In this document: positions 46,101 to 60,006 of the stretch, piece after piece | Position numbering within the stretch: the first letter of the stretch is position 1 | Layout: the number at the start of each line of letters is the position of its first letter | Source of the DNA: Tubiluchus corallicola | Taxonomy: Eukaryota; Animalia; Priapulida | Length of the DNA stretch: 64,000 bases | Assembly (NCBI GenBank): GCA_030141605.1 | Contig: JAQGDQ010000019.1 | Coordinates: 992,001-1,056,000 of the forward strand | Reading direction: 5' to 3' | Notes under the pieces: generated by a model | What the model saw: only the letters and a program-made list of their open reading frames with translations | What the model was told of the DNA's origin: nothing | Databases searched by the model: none | Position numbers and translations under genes: made by a program

Positions 46101-47905
46101 GCATAGAAGCGGCCCGAGTCAATTAAGCAGTGGAGTCTATTAACCGTGAGTTTATTAAGTGGCGCCTACTGTAGTAAATTAATTAAACATAAAATGGCCA
46201 TTTTTACAGATGAATAAACACTATGGTTAATGACAAAAACCATAAATTCTTTAAAAAATAAAAAGCTATCACCTTTACACCACGTATCCTAAATTCTCGA
46301 AGTGCCCTGCACATCTTTGCTGCTGCTGTGTAGTGGTTACGAGCATGAGCAATCACCTTCACTAACAATGAATCATAGTCTGGTGAAACGACAGCTCCGG
46401 CAAATGCATCAGAACCATCCAATCGAATTCCCATTCCTTCCCCTGTACGAAATACCTAATCCAAGAAAGAAAAAATTTCTTAAAAAAGTTCAGACTGAAA
46501 CAAAACGACAAGAAGCAACCGACTATATTATTAATAATAATAATTTGTGCAACATAACTTTTTTCAAGTTTACATGCACAGTGGAAAACAAAAGCAAAAT
46601 ATGTGTGAAGGTTCTAAGAACATAAATATTTGGCATTAATAAATAAATAGTAAAATCAAAAATCAAAAAATAAATAACAAAAGCACCTCAATTCTACCCG
46701 TATCAGGTTGGAAATTTCTAGCTGGATCTTCTGTAGTCATCCGACATTGGATAGCGCAACCGTGCAAATATATTTGATCCTGTGTCACTCCAATGTCTTG
46801 CAAGCTTTTTCCCTCTGCAATGCGGATCTGTGAAACAACAAGGTCAGTCCTGCAAGGCAAAATTGAAAGTTTATTGAGGAAGTGACTGTATCATAAAACT
46901 TAACCGAACTAGCAAATCTCCTGTTGTTAATTAGCTTGATAAAGGACAAATCAGAACAATAATGTTATTTAGATTTCTGTGTGCTGGCAAAGAAAGGAAT
47001 ACAGTTTGAATAATGTTGCAGTTCAATGAGATCACTGCACTAAGCATTCAAAATCAAATATCAAAGTAACTTTCAAAACAAAAGTAAAGAAAAAACAAAT
47101 TTTAGTATCTCTTCAAATTTACACGAATCGCAAACATTTATAACAGAAAGATTGCATACAGGCACATTATGCTATCTTCATATTTGATGTGCAAAAGGTT
47201 GGAAAAAATAGCTATTAGCACAAAGCAAGGGAAATAACCAAGTGAGAAATCATAGTGTATACAACACATAAACTTGAGCAACACCAAGGCTGGTCATTGA
47301 AAGAATGGTGTGAGGGGGTGAGTTTAGGTTTCAAACGTGCCCAGGGCAGCTTGAATAGCCATATCAATGCTGGCTGTTTATCTCATTGAGGGAGGACGTT
47401 TTCACATCTGAAAGTAATTCAGACAGCGCCCTTAATCATCCACATTAACCAGTGCTGGTTTCAAGTTTGTAGATGCTGAATTATATATAAAAGCGAGCCG
47501 GAGTGCTTAATTTAGATTACAGATTCTAGATACGATGGTTATGACATTAACAGTTTCAATCTAATGAGACTAATTTCCAGAACAAGACACTGAGTTCCTT
47601 TAAATCAATATAAATTTTGTTTGTTATTAAACTAAGCAACAAGCAACAGCTGACAAAAGTATATGAGTTTAAAAACGTAAGCATTCGTTTAGGGATATAT
47701 AATTGGAATAAACTCACCCTGTGCACTCCTCTGTAACAGTATGCTCCACTTGTAATCGGGCATTAACCTCAATGAAATAATGTCTATTTTTCTTATCAAG
47801 GAGGAACTCCACTGTGCCTGCATTTTCATAACCTGCGTGACGGGCTAGCTTCACCGCATCATTGCACAGGGCTTCCCTTACCTAAAATAGTTAACTAATA
47901 AATCA

Positions 47906-47962
<57 letters not shown>

Positions 47963-50900
47963 TAAAGAGCTATTTCAAATGGCAACATTCACAGCAACAA
48001 AAATATAAAGATCAACTAAAATAAACAAATTCAAACAATTACACATGCATAGAGAATAACAAGTCACACACTTGATCTTATGTCCAATGCAAATTCAAAA
48101 AAACGAGATTTTAACTTTGTTTTAATAGTAATAATATTGTCGCTAAATAATTTAATAAAAACAGAGTGAATGTTTTCCACTCTAGAAACTGCCTCAATGG
48201 ATAACACATGATTGAATTTTCTCACAAGATCTAATTTAAATGTGAGGTAGTATCTAAAAAGAATCAAACACCCCCATACTATAAATCTTTAATGGCAAAA
48301 ATATTATATACGTAGAGATTAAGAAATGCACATTCACTGATTTATTAATAAGGCTTAATACCACCCCCAAATTTTTGTAGCTCCGATTAAATTTGCTCCA
48401 CTGTACATGCACTCACTGAAGAATCTTACTCCCATTCTATATATGCAAAAACTACACACTTTTCATACCAATAAAGTGGAAACAAAATGAGTACATACAA
48501 CATACCACAGCATCGAGATTAGGTGCTGGTGCAATTTCTACCACTTTTTGATGGCGACGCTGTACCGAACAATCTCTCTCATACAAATGGACAATGTTAC
48601 CATATTTATCGCCTAAGATTTGTACTTCAATGTGACGAGGTCTCTCAATGAACTTCTCCACAAATAAAGCACCATTACCGAAAGCAGCTTCAGATTCAGA
48701 AGTTGCAATTTTAAAAGCTTCTTCAATATCCTAAAATTAGTACATTTATGATTTCCAAGTGGGTGCAGATAATCTGATGTTTGACAAGGTTCCTAAATGT
48801 ACATATTTTATTATGCCTTTCTCTTTGTTCCTTGTGCTTTTAATATTTCATGTATTGCAATCGGCGATTTTGTTTTCTGCATAAATAACACAATGGAATA
48901 CTACGTTATCAAATGTTATGCTAGATATCAAAAATCAATATTTAAATTAGTCAGTCTTGCTTTCCTTTAAAATTAAGTCAATTAACTTTTGCTTTTATCA
49001 AGTTGTGCATCTTGCAGATCAAGTTACCAAGAATACTTCAATAACAGTGACTATTATGAGAAGTTTACAAAATATTAAAAAGCACATTATAATATAACAC
49101 GAGAGAGCTTCCCTGAGATTTGTCATCATTAACAGAGAAAAAAACATTAATGCTCTTTATAGTCTCAAAGATTATAAAGGTTTGTTTCTTCCATTGCTTA
49201 TATTTACGTATTCAAATATACTATAGTTAAACAACTATGAAGTTAATCTTAGCTCATAGTATATCTTTAATTATTAGTTTAATATACTAAATACTTACTG
49301 CTATATCCCTGACGATCCTCATACCGCGTCCACCACCTCCAAAAGCTGCTTTAAGCATAATGGGAACTCCATGTTCCTCTACAAACTCGCGTACTGCCTC
49401 TACACCATTCACCGGACCATCAGTTCCAGGAATAACGGGAACTCCTAAACAAATAATTTTTACAAACTCCGTGCATGTAATGCATACTTTATATCTTTTC
49501 AACAATTATACCTGTAGCTGCTAAGAATACTCAGATAGTGTTGTAAAACATGAATAAAGGTAAAATTAATTTAATTTAATTAAACTATTGCCTATGTTAT
49601 GCTTAGCCAAACTTACTTGCACTGCAATTCTACTACTTTAGTTTCATTTTAGAATATTCTAACAATTAAGCACTTTCGTAAGTTTTGTACTAATTTTTCC
49701 TGGACTAATTACTTTATTACTAGTTATTAACTACAGTGACTAGTTATTAGATTAAAGACAAACCAACTTTTTATCATATTTTTTTAAGCAAGTATGTTGT
49801 CATGATGAGATGAGAATTTATACATTTTATTATTTATTCTTGATGTGGTGACTAAAAATACAACTCCTCATAATCACCAACTCTTTAAAACACATTGATC
49901 AAACTAAACTAGATATTTATCATATCAATAAAAAATGAGCAAAACAATTTCTGTTCTCATTTGAATACAACCTTGATGTTGGACACAATAGTACAGAGTG
50001 GGATTATTATCGTACATGAAAATGATAACACTTCAAGGCCACATAGGTTCTACAACTAAAAAAGACGAATCTACTTCTTTTTACTGCCAAGTGAAAAAGG
50101 CTGACAGAAAATTGTCTAAACTGAAAACGAGATTTATGAAACAAATTTTGTTAGTATACACTATAAAAGATAAAGCTGCATCACCTTGAAATGAGGGAGC
50201 AAACCTACAAGCACAAATATGTAGTATTTTAACAAGGAGGCATGTACTGCACTGCTGAAACTTTTCATAAAAGACTTATTATTATTTATTAGCATATTAC
50301 AAACAAGGCTGCTAATCCCAAAATTGTAAATACAAAAATTTGGGATCCACAGTTTTGCCAGAATTTATGATCAAATGGAACTTTTTTGCTTGCCAAACGA
50401 GCGACTCTAAAAATGCTAGAAACTAGCCATTATTCAAGTGCAATTTTGGCAAGTGGTGAGCGCAGTAAAAGGCGTGGTGAGCGCGGCATGATAGGGCCAA
50501 GTGCGATCGCCGTTCTCAAAAGGCAAGCACTGAAATCACAAATTTACTAGAAAAATGTTGAAAAAAATAAAAAAATCGAAAGTACAATTTTCAAATGTGC
50601 AGGACTACAAAATCCTTCTGGATTGAAAACCCTAACTGCACGTACAAATATATGAGGGACACACTGCATACACAGTAAGTCCTTTAACAAACGTTAGTGC
50701 ATTCCAGCAAAACGTGACATTAAGTGAAATATTATTAAATGAAGCCACGACTTCCATAGAAAACAATATGAAAAAATTGAGATACATTCCAATGGCAAAA
50801 ATTAGTGCTGCTGAATTCACATAAACTGGAAACCATATGTCTTTTGTATCAATACCTAGCTAGCGGTTTGTCTTTGTTAATGTTCTGAAGCCCTTCGCGG

Positions 50901-52823
50901 TTAGCTGTTAAACACTGCATAGTAAAAGCCAAGCCACAATGCGACCTTGAGACAATTTCATCTAGATGCTGGTAATTACACCAACAGGTTGCAGACAAAA
51001 TTCCTTAGCATAAAACTTTGCGCCCAGGTCATAAATCGCAAGTGGATCTTGCATGATACAAATGGCTAGCATTTAGCAATCAGTCAGGAAGCAAAAACAT
51101 AAATAACAATTGTACTGTTTCAAGCCACTAGTGTTTTTAGAAAAAAAATAATATGTATTGTTTTAATGCTTCAAAATAGGCAAAAACATTGCTGATAAAA
51201 CAAAACATGGTTTTGATCAAAGTAAAAAAATCGTTATTAAAATGAAACATGCATCATTAAGTGAGAAAAACGTGTAAAATGCTCAGTGTCATTAAAACAA
51301 AACATCGCTAAGCGGGAAGTCATTAAGCAAGGACTTACTGTATAATGCAACCTGTACCTGCTTCAATAGCCATTTTTCGAGCTTCAACTTTGTCTCCCAT
51401 CTTTTGTACGGTTTCTGGAGATGGACCAATAAAGTTAATACCCGCATCAATGCATGCTTTTGTAAATTCTGACCTTTCAGACAGAAAACCATATCCAGGA
51501 TGAATAGCATCAGCACCAATATCCTATAATATAAATTTAACATCACAATAAATGGTTAGTTATATTCATTATTAATAAACACGCAAAAATAAAAATAACG
51601 ATGAGCAAATTAAATTAAAACGGTTGAACTGGTGTGGTATAACTGGAAAAAATAGAAACTTACACCATTAGAAACTTTGCAAATTAATAAAAGCAATACT
51701 ATCTTTGTTTTGTTCGAATTATTTGAATGCCTGAAAATGATAGAGTAAACTATAAAACAATTGCAAAATGATAAAATTAAACATTTTAGTACAATATTCA
51801 CTAATACATTTGTTTCATTCAGAGTTTCGTTTATACCACTGATATTATGCTATGTTAAGATGTTACGAATAAGACATCTGTTTAATAAACAGGCAATGTA
51901 TGTACTGCTTTAAGTGGCAGTTCAGTATTTCGACTTAGCAAAATGAAAAGAAATATTAAGCTAACTGAAATGCAAAGCTTACAAGTGCTGTTTGTATGAT
52001 TTCTGGTATATTCAGATATGCAGCTACTGGTGGAAGACCTTTTCCAATCAGATAAGCTTCATCGGCTTTCTGTCTGTGCATGCGATAACTATCTTGTTCA
52101 GAGTAAACTGCAACTGAGCGAATGCCAAGTTCAGTACAAGCTCGAAATACACGCACAGCTATTTCACCTAAGACATAAAATTGCATGTTTTACTAAACTA
52201 GTTGGCCATTTGGATAAAAGCATGTCAGAACAGCTGAATTTAGAGCATAAACTTGAATAATTCAATTTTCTTTAAATAGCAATAAATCGTCACATTCGAT
52301 TACGGCCTACACGTTTACTAAATATCCAAAAATGCAAAGCTATTTTCTTAAGTCTTCATTTATTTATTTACAGCAACTCTTTCCATGATTAAAAATTTCT
52401 GTTGCAACTTGTTTTGTAGAGCGAAAGCTTGGCCACGAAGTGATACCATGCATACTTAAGTTCACAAGTATAGAACATACATAATAATTTGCTTAGCCTT
52501 AGCTACACTTATTTGTGCAAGCTACTGCTGCAACATATTACAACAGACAGGTGATGAAGAACAGGTTGCCACAGTATAATTTGGTTTTCTCAAAGTATAA
52601 CCTTCTGAAAAAAGTTATAACCTCTACCTCTGTTTGCAACCATAAGCTTTCTAACTGGCCGTTCTACTCTTTCCACTTTTTGTACACTTTCTGTTGACTG
52701 GAAGCAAGCCAACATGTGTGGCACAGATACACCAAGCAGGCATTCCTGGTCGCGAAGGCAACACTGCAACTGTACTGCACCTTTACAACTCAAATCATGT
52801 AGACGACTTCGTAGACGCAACAT
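34165..52823 (-). CDS. PC: Pyruvate carboxylase, mitochondrial (1202 aa), 21 coding exons: 52823-52628, 52167-51983, 51523-51358, 49444-49299, 48730-48506, 47881-47718, 46849-46687, 46455-46273, 45083-44846, 44648-44424, 43644-43488, 42738-42632, 40331-40198, 39953-39704, 39357-39113, 37344-37165, 36524-36375, 35777-35676, 35464-35324, 35083-34982, 34314-34165
   Basis: All introns are GT-AG, phases are consistent and the CDS totals 3609 nt. Biotin-carboxylase motifs: [43 protein letters not shown]. Carboxyltransferase motifs: [36 protein letters not shown]. Biotin-carrier motif: AMKM. Arg-rich N-terminal presequence. Confidence 0.97.
37796..38782. mobile_element. Tc1/mariner-type MITE in a PC intron
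   Basis: TA|cggcaggcgccgcttaatagactca ... tgagtctattaagcagcgcctactg|TA gives about 25-bp TIRs with a TA target duplication. Internal duplication of about 60 bp (about 37899 and 38067). Confidence 0.85.
44279..44380. repeat. Tandem repeat of about 51 bp in a PC intron
   Basis: ctaactg.tgataaacatgag.ttataa.atcttgagtgtaa occurs twice. Confidence 0.75.
45519..46171. mobile_element. Tc1/mariner-type MITE in a PC intron (same family as 37796)
   Basis: TA|cagtaggcgccgcttaatagactcac ... gtgagtttattaagtggcgcctactg|TA. Confidence 0.85.
47907..47957. repeat. (TAA)n microsatellite
   Basis: Perfect trinucleotide run just upstream of a PC acceptor site. Confidence 0.95.
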
Positions 52824-53808
52824 ATCTGGGATACCTCAACTCAGCTCAGAGAAGCAGCAGGACAGGCAACTCTGTATCAAAAACACATCACTGCAAACAA
52901 TGGAAGACAGTGTTTTCTTTACAGTGCTTGTCTGCTATGTACACCAGTTAAAAAGCCAAATCTAGAATGCAGCTCACAGCAGCACTTAGAGTTCTTAACT
53001 GCTTGTTGCAATTCTGCAAAAAAAGAGAATTTTAGCATTCAAAAATCAATACTGCTGTTTGGCTTTGCAGCAAATTTGCAAAGGCACTATATTGTTAAGT
53101 TAATAGGGAAAAAAGAGTAATAATCTGCCAAGAAAGTAGGTTGTACCATTTAGTTTTACTTATAAATCAATTGCTTAGCTTCCTCTTTTGCACATAGGCA
53201 ATCAATTACTTATTTATGTTGTGTGAAAATTTTCATCCTTGTTACAAATTTTAATAGCATTTTTCTCAAAAGCAAAATTTTTTAGTTGCTGTTGCTTATT
53301 TTAACACGGCAGTATTGTGAAGTAGACGTTTACCTGTAGTTAAGTGATATGCACTGTCATGCACAAACTGGAATTGCTTAATGCCCGATGTTAGAGTCGA
53401 AATGTATAAGACACCTGTTTAACCAAATCAAAGTTGTTGAATTTAGGAAAATACAGAAAATAAACATTTCAGTGCAGCAACCTTGGAGTAAGTTTGAATG
53501 TGTGTACGTAGCATAATTAAATAAAGGCCTAGTAAAGTAGTATTACTATTAGTATTAGTAACAGTGTTAGGGCTTTTTAAAAACAGCTGTTTAGCAAAAT
53601 CAACTACTAAATTAATTAATTAACTGTGATGTGTTCCGTCATTTCCACTCAGTGATTACTGCTCCTTGGTTCTCGTCTCAATATTACAACTACGTTATTA
53701 GTGATATTACATTAGTACTATTGTGACTACTAGCTAGTCCTACTGACAGAAAAAACACCAACCAATCGGCTAAGCGATAAACAACGCACAAAAAAATGAA
53801 ATACTTAC

Positions 53809-54080
53809 ACGCTAAATCAATTACTGTGAAGACTATTTTGTTACATAAAGATGAACATGTCTGAAACAATCAAGAATCAAATATAGGACAGGGTCACTTA
53901 TTTCCAACAACCGTGCTTACTTTTGCCCAACCTATAGCATCACGTGCAGAAACAAACAACATGACGTCAAGATCACACCTCCTCAGTGGACCAATGAAAT
54001 TGTTGCGTTTTTGACGTTCAGGCTTCGTCTTTCTTTCTTGCGCTAACCAACGCGCAGAAAAGTATTATCGTCACGTCCAA
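53809..54080 (-). promoter_or_regulatory. Candidate PC promoter and first non-coding exon
   Basis: Minus-strand donor GTAAGT starts at 53808. Upstream are an E-box CACGTG (53941-53946), a palindromic CRE TGACGTCA (53962-53969), GGACCAATGA (CCAAT 53991-53995) and a TGACGT half-site (54012-54017). Confidence 0.55.
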
Positions 54081-54113
54081 CGTTATTGCTAGAAGGTAGA
54101 TTAACTTTCTAGC

Positions 54114-54950
54114 TCAATAAATTAAGATAAAATAACCCTGGGCCCGAACATTGACAGCTTTAATTTGACAGATCTCTGATCGTAATATGAGGAGATAGCA
54201 TACAAATTCGCGTATGTATGATTTTTTAAAAAAATGTCGAACAGGCATACAGATCTCGTGGAGTGCTTTAATTTGAAGAACAAAGTATTTGCAATTAAAT
54301 AAACACATCTTCAGCTCCATTCTAAGTGACTTTGTTTGCAAGAACTTGCAAATAATCCTGTCTTCCTCTAGCAGGGACATGCAAACGTTCAAAGCACTGC
54401 GTACATGTTGTTCCAAGCAGGGCCTATTTCAGCCTAAGCGAGGCCCGGGGAAGTGGGGTGTGTGAGGCCTCCTCGGGGGGGTCAAAGAGCTGGGGTAGGG
54501 GCGCCACCATGGTTGGCGCCCAGAAAATTTTTGAACTGCTAGACGCCGGAGAAGCATTTTCGAAGAGAAAATATGGAGTTATACAGTATGTTCGCATAAA
54601 GCAAAAAATAATGTTACCTCGGCGCGAGGCCCCCTGGAGGGTGAGGCCCCGGGGAAGTATCCGCACTTCCCCCCCCTTGAAATAGGCCCTGGTTCCAAGT
54701 TATGAATTTCGGACTTATAAATGGCTATTTGTCTACGAGCATCATTAAGGTTAGCCTCAAGTTCTTTATTGATTTTTCCGCATTGTCAATCCTCACTGCA
54801 TTATTCTCTGGTTTAGAATACAGTTTACCGTACTTGGTTTCTAGAGATTTTTGTCTCGTTTTAACATCTAATAACTTAGCAGAAATTTTTGCAAATTGTT
54901 CATTCATTTCGGCTGACAAAAACGAACATGACATTCCTGAAGGCACATTG
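54114..54950 (-). pseudogene. Possible decayed LINE ORF1-like (coiled-coil) remnant interrupted by the hAT MITE
   Basis: Heptad-rich EMNEQFAKISAKLLDVKTRQKSLE...RIDNAEKSIKNL. Removing the MITE restores SEIHNLEQHVR, reminiscent of the ORF1 motif (I/L)DDLEQYSR. Confidence 0.35.
54418..54691. mobile_element. hAT-type MITE, 274 bp
   Basis: Perfect 14-bp TIRs CAGGGCCTATTTCA/TGAAATAGGCCCTG and a perfect 8-bp target duplication GTTCCAAG (54410-54417 and 54692-54699). Confidence 0.92.
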
Positions 54951-55320
54951 TCTGTATTGTCCGCTTTCGATTACTGTCGAAGTGCTTCCTTTGTATCAAA
55001 ACGACAGCATTGTAAATTTTAAATTGTAAAGCTATTTGCAATATTTTTGTCGACAAATCAGTTGGCTTTTATAAGATTTCGAAACTAAATCATGTTACAG
55101 GTGAGCGTTACCACTCAGCATGTAAACATTGTGTTACGTTACCATTCAGTTTGGAAACCTGTTCTATGACAAACGTGTTTATTATAGCTTCCCCAGGCGA
55201 TGCCTGTATGGGTAACTGCATTCGTCATAGTGTCTAATGGCTTTTAATTGGTTGCATTGCAGGCGTCGTATCCTTAATTTATCTATTTATAGCATTTTGT
55301 TTTTGCAAGACACACCTTAA

Positions 55321-57438
55321 AGGGGGAATATCCTGAAAATCAAATTAAACTTATTTTACAGTTGCCTGCCCCGGGAACAACTTGGCGAAAAAATTTTAGC
55401 AGTACGTTATCTAATTAATGAGTAATTAACTTTTTTGTATCTCACGGGAAACGCCATGGAGCTGCACTTGCTCCTCTCCTGGTGAAAAAATTGAACTAGC
55501 GCAGCTCAGCCTGATGACGTAACAAAGTGTACCCGCAGCTTGTTGAGATACTGTCGTACGGTGAGGTCTACTTGTACACAACTGGGCTAAAAATAAAACT
55601 GTTATTACTACACTACAGCATTTGACCTTGGTTCGGATAGGTAGTCAGCTGATAGAAACGATTGTCGTTGCACTGATAACATGTTTTCATCAAAAGCGAC
55701 ATATTTTACTACCGCCGAAAGTTATATGTCCCCATTATCATATATTTTAATAGAGTGTAAACAACCATTGCGCAAAAGTAGGCCTACAGCATATTATGAA
55801 AATTCTTGTGGCATTAACTGAAAACATCGTCAGTAAAACAAGCTGCAAAAGTGTGGGCCTTGGTAACAAAAGTTCTTTTCTTGTAAAACAAGTCCGATAT
55901 AGTAACTTCATTCTGCTAGAAGAATTAATGAATTTGCAAACACAGACAAACTCACTGAAGCATAGCTATAATGCTAGTGTCACAATTTTTAGTGACAGCT
56001 TCATTTTATCAGTCTTGACAAAAAAATATGTGAACCCCATGGACACAGAGACTATAACATATTAGCTGTAGTCTTATTGATTAAACATATATGAACATTT
56101 TTAACTTTGTCGTGTTTCAGATTAAATCAGTAAGACTTTTAATATCAGCCAGCACTTTAACCGTTGTTCATTAGCTTTTGTTTTTTCATTATAAGAACAT
56201 GTTGTGTTTATTTTTACACATCAGTGTTATTAAAATATTAGGACTAGATAAAATTCTTGTGGTCAGTTGGACTGAAATAAAAATTAATGATAATAATACA
56301 TTTATTATTAATATAATTATTATCTACTTTTACAAAATAAAAAACTAAAGATATAATGTGGTTCGATGACAAAATAATTATTTATTGTGTTGTTTCAAGC
56401 AAGGTTATTCTGACACTTATTCTATTACAAAGTTAAAAAAGTATATGTAGTACAAAATAATGTAGTACAATGCTCTTTGTGCTACACAAATTACCAAAAT
56501 CATTGAGGTCATTGTTTATGGTGTAAGGATTAACAATTTGCAGTTGTCAATTTACGATTTACAATGTTTTTTCTTTAGTTAATATTCAAAATTCAGAAAA
56601 AAAGCATCACAAATAAAATTTTAGCGCAAAAAATTGCATTACATAATGTAACTGTAATATTTTTATTGAAATGGATACAAATCTCGAGATGACTAAACTG
56701 TATCGATAAACTGTGCACTCAAAATGAAACGAAAAAGACACTACAAAAAACTGCGTCTGACTGAAACACTCCGAAGTGTAAACAATATTTTTAATACTAA
56801 AGTTCATCATGTTCTAAACTCACATTTCAATGCAAACAGCCGAGAAATTATCACACAGGTTGTAGGAGTGAATCCAGGTTTTTAGATCGTACTTCCATTG
56901 CTTCAATAATTTTCTGTTGCTCATTGGAAACTAATAGTTATTATATTTTTTTACTTCGTATTTCGATACTTTCCGTCTGACTGCTGCATCCCGTCTGATT
57001 GCTGAATCCTAGTGTAACACATTCCACGACCGTTTTTCAATAAGACAATCAAGACCGAAACCTAACAAATCATGCATTCAATTCACAATAAGCTAATCTT
57101 TACCGTGATACTGGCACTAGGTATAAACTGCGTAAAAGTACTGTATACGATTGCTGAACGCTGTTTGTCTATGTAAACAAATACTCAAACAAGTGTTGTG
57201 TACAATCATTCTCCCCTTGGGCATTTTGCCAAGTTTCATCTGTAGTACGGCAATTTTGCCACCCGAGGTGCGGGCGCAGATACAATGGCGGCCTAGTCAA
57301 ATGTTCGTTTTGTGTACAATTTTATCCGAAGTTTTGCTAAGGATTCTTACATTTTCGTGAAGAATGAGGTACGTATTTCTATTCACAATATAATCGCCAG
57401 TTATTCAAGCTCAACTTAATTTTGGTGATATTCCCCCT
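55321..57438. mobile_element. Kolobok-like non-autonomous DNA transposon (about 2.1 kb)
   Basis: TTAA|AGGGGGAATATC ... GATATTCCCCCT|TTAA: 12-bp perfect TIR that extends imperfectly, a TTAA target site and AG..CT termini. No transposase ORF. Confidence 0.75.
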
Positions 57439-58815
57439 TTAATTTTAATACCAATATCATCGCAACAGCCACCTTTAAGCATCGATCCTCTTGATCATTG
57501 TCATTGTCGATATCATCATCGCCATCATCACTGTCACTGATTAAACTATAGTAATTATAAGTACCATAGCATTTGGCATTTTAAATTTCGTTGTTGTTTT
57601 TTGTTGCTATTATTATTGTTATTATTATTATCATCATCGTCACATCATCCAAATGTAATACTTCATTTTTCATATAGGTAGCTGTATTAGTTAGCTGTAT
57701 ATAGCAGAAGTTAGGCTGACACCCAAATCAATATCATTTTGCTATAGCGCTATATAGTTATATATAGGAAAACAAATGATATGTGTCACCCTGAAAGACT
57801 CAGTACAGATTCAATGAAATAAACACTAAAATAGCATGTTTCACCTTTCAGGTGAAGTTCTTCTAGGTGAAGAGTGTAATTTTTCAGAGTGCCGTCATTA
57901 GATTAATGACTTGATTCAAACGTGGTTACGTTTCCTTATAAAAAAATGTGAAACCCTTCTTAGTCTTACAGCTGAGGAAAGATCTATCACTTCTGTGTAC
58001 ATTTTCAAGTGTACAGGACCGCACTCTTCATCTTCACTTACCACACCATATCAAGTTCATCTTGCAATTGTCTTTTCTTAATATCACAATTAATAGAGTT
58101 GCTTAACCTAAAAAACCTACATGTTACAGTCAAAGACATAAATGCGGATGCATATGCGTTTTCCACTTGCGGACAACCTGTGGAAAAATCAACTGATTGG
58201 AATAGCTGCAGAAAAGAATATGCAGGCTGCATAAGCGGGTGCATCGAAAACAATAATATAAACTGATTTTATCTATTCCGCAACCCCAAAACGCGTTAAC
58301 ATCTGCATAATGTTACATAAACGCCACTTTGGTGCGAAACCGAGTATTCTAAGAATGTCTAAGGCATTTTATGGAGTGCCAAAATAAACCAGGTAAAGTG
58401 TCTAAAATAGTCTGCACTTTTCTTAGCTAATCTAAAAATAAAACAAATACTCAGTTGTTGAGTATGTAGTTCTGATATAATTTTCCTAGGCATTTTTATG
58501 CCAATTTTATTTTAAGGAATGTGTGTGTGGAAAACACTTAATTTTATCACGATGAATGGTTGATTTTTATTCTTCGAAAATATTTTATCTGATTTTAACT
58601 ATTTAACTTAATGTTTAACTTTTTAACTTTATATATGTACTAATATTTTTGTGCGTGTGCTCTACAGACTTAACTGTGCAGCGCAGATATGGCTTGTGCA
58701 GTGCACAATGTTGAATAGCGGTCATGGTCGCTTTTTATCAGCTATATAAGCTTCCCCTCTACTTTTTAGGATTGCTCCAAAGCTTCGGCCCTCCAATATG
58801 TTTGGTGGGATTGAG

Positions 58816-59168
58816 CAGGGCCGAATTAAGACCTCAAGAGCCACAAAGCACTGAAAAGATAGTGGGGATACCACTACATATGTATATTTTAGTATAAAAA
58901 ATGCTAAGCTGTAAAATAAAATTTTACCTTTTGAACTGAACAAAAAAAACTTACAGTAAAATTCACATAAAAAAGTGAAATTGAATTAAAAATACAGAGA
59001 CGACTAAATCTTATAAAGGCACAGCCACTCAGCATATCTGTTACCAAACATATTGTTGTATATTTTACTTTTGAGTAATTATGCGAGTTGAAACAACTGT
59101 GCGGTGCCCCTCTTCCCCCTGAGTCCCTAAGGACGTGCTTAATTTGCTAAATGATTAATCCTGAGTTG
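58816..59168. mobile_element. Degenerate hAT-like MITE
   Basis: Left cagggccgaattaa, right ttaatcctgagttg; flanks ggattgag and gatttgag resemble a decayed 8-bp duplication. Confidence 0.45.
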
Positions 59169-59609
59169 GATTTGAGATCCTGTGATTTTCCAGGCACACT
59201 GTTCAAATGAAAAAAATTAACCCCAGAGTTTTCAGGTTCCGACCATAACCATCAAAATTTGCAAACTGTGCGAGAAGCAAGGGGCTTCCATACTAAATTT
59301 TGAGAGCATAATGGATTCGCAATTGTTTTAGCAATATACTTAGGTATAATAAATTGGCTGTACTGTTACTTGGGATTTTTGTACCCGCAAAAGGTTATGT
59401 ACCGCGCAGTATATAACTGTGCCGCTTTCCAAGTTATAATGCGAACTAATAAAATTTAATGTGCACTTTTTCCTCTGTATCATGGAGCCTTACTTATGAA
59501 AACGAAGGCAACTTATTTGTTGTTGGGGAACCAGAGTCTCGGCATTGCGATCAACACAACTGCTTATTGTTGATAATAACATGGTCCCAATTACTTACAT
59601 TTCGACGTA

Positions 59610-60006
59610 GGTTTTCGAACTAGGCTATAGCCTAGGGCGCCACATTTTAGAAAAGATTCTTATTCTCCGCGGAAAATGTGTACTTTCATATTTATGTAAA
59701 GGGCACATTTTATAACACACCACAGGCAGTTAGAGTACAGCTTCTATATAAGCATCACATAACGAACAGGTGCAAGGTATTACACAACAAACAGTTGCGA
59801 ATATAAGCGCTATGCAAATACATGTAATTAATGATCACCTCATAGAAACTAGGTTAATAGTAAGTGTAATAGGCAATAGTAATAATCTAATACATCATAA
59901 GTAATTGTTTAATCTCCTAATTACATAAACAACCATAAATTCACAATTGAGATGGGAGGGACAGAACTATCAGCCTAGGGCGTCATAAAGTCTTGATACG
60001 CCCCTG
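59610..60006. mobile_element. Degenerate hAT-like MITE
   Basis: Internal agcctagggcg occurs near both ends; right terminus is gatacgcccctg; left terminus is decayed. Confidence 0.4.

Noticed and set aside
22193-52823. Carbohydrate-metabolism cluster (PC plus co-oriented amylase-domain genes)
   Set aside because: Adjacency alone is not evidence. A mitochondrial enzyme and secreted proteins have no evident link, and I see no shared regulation.
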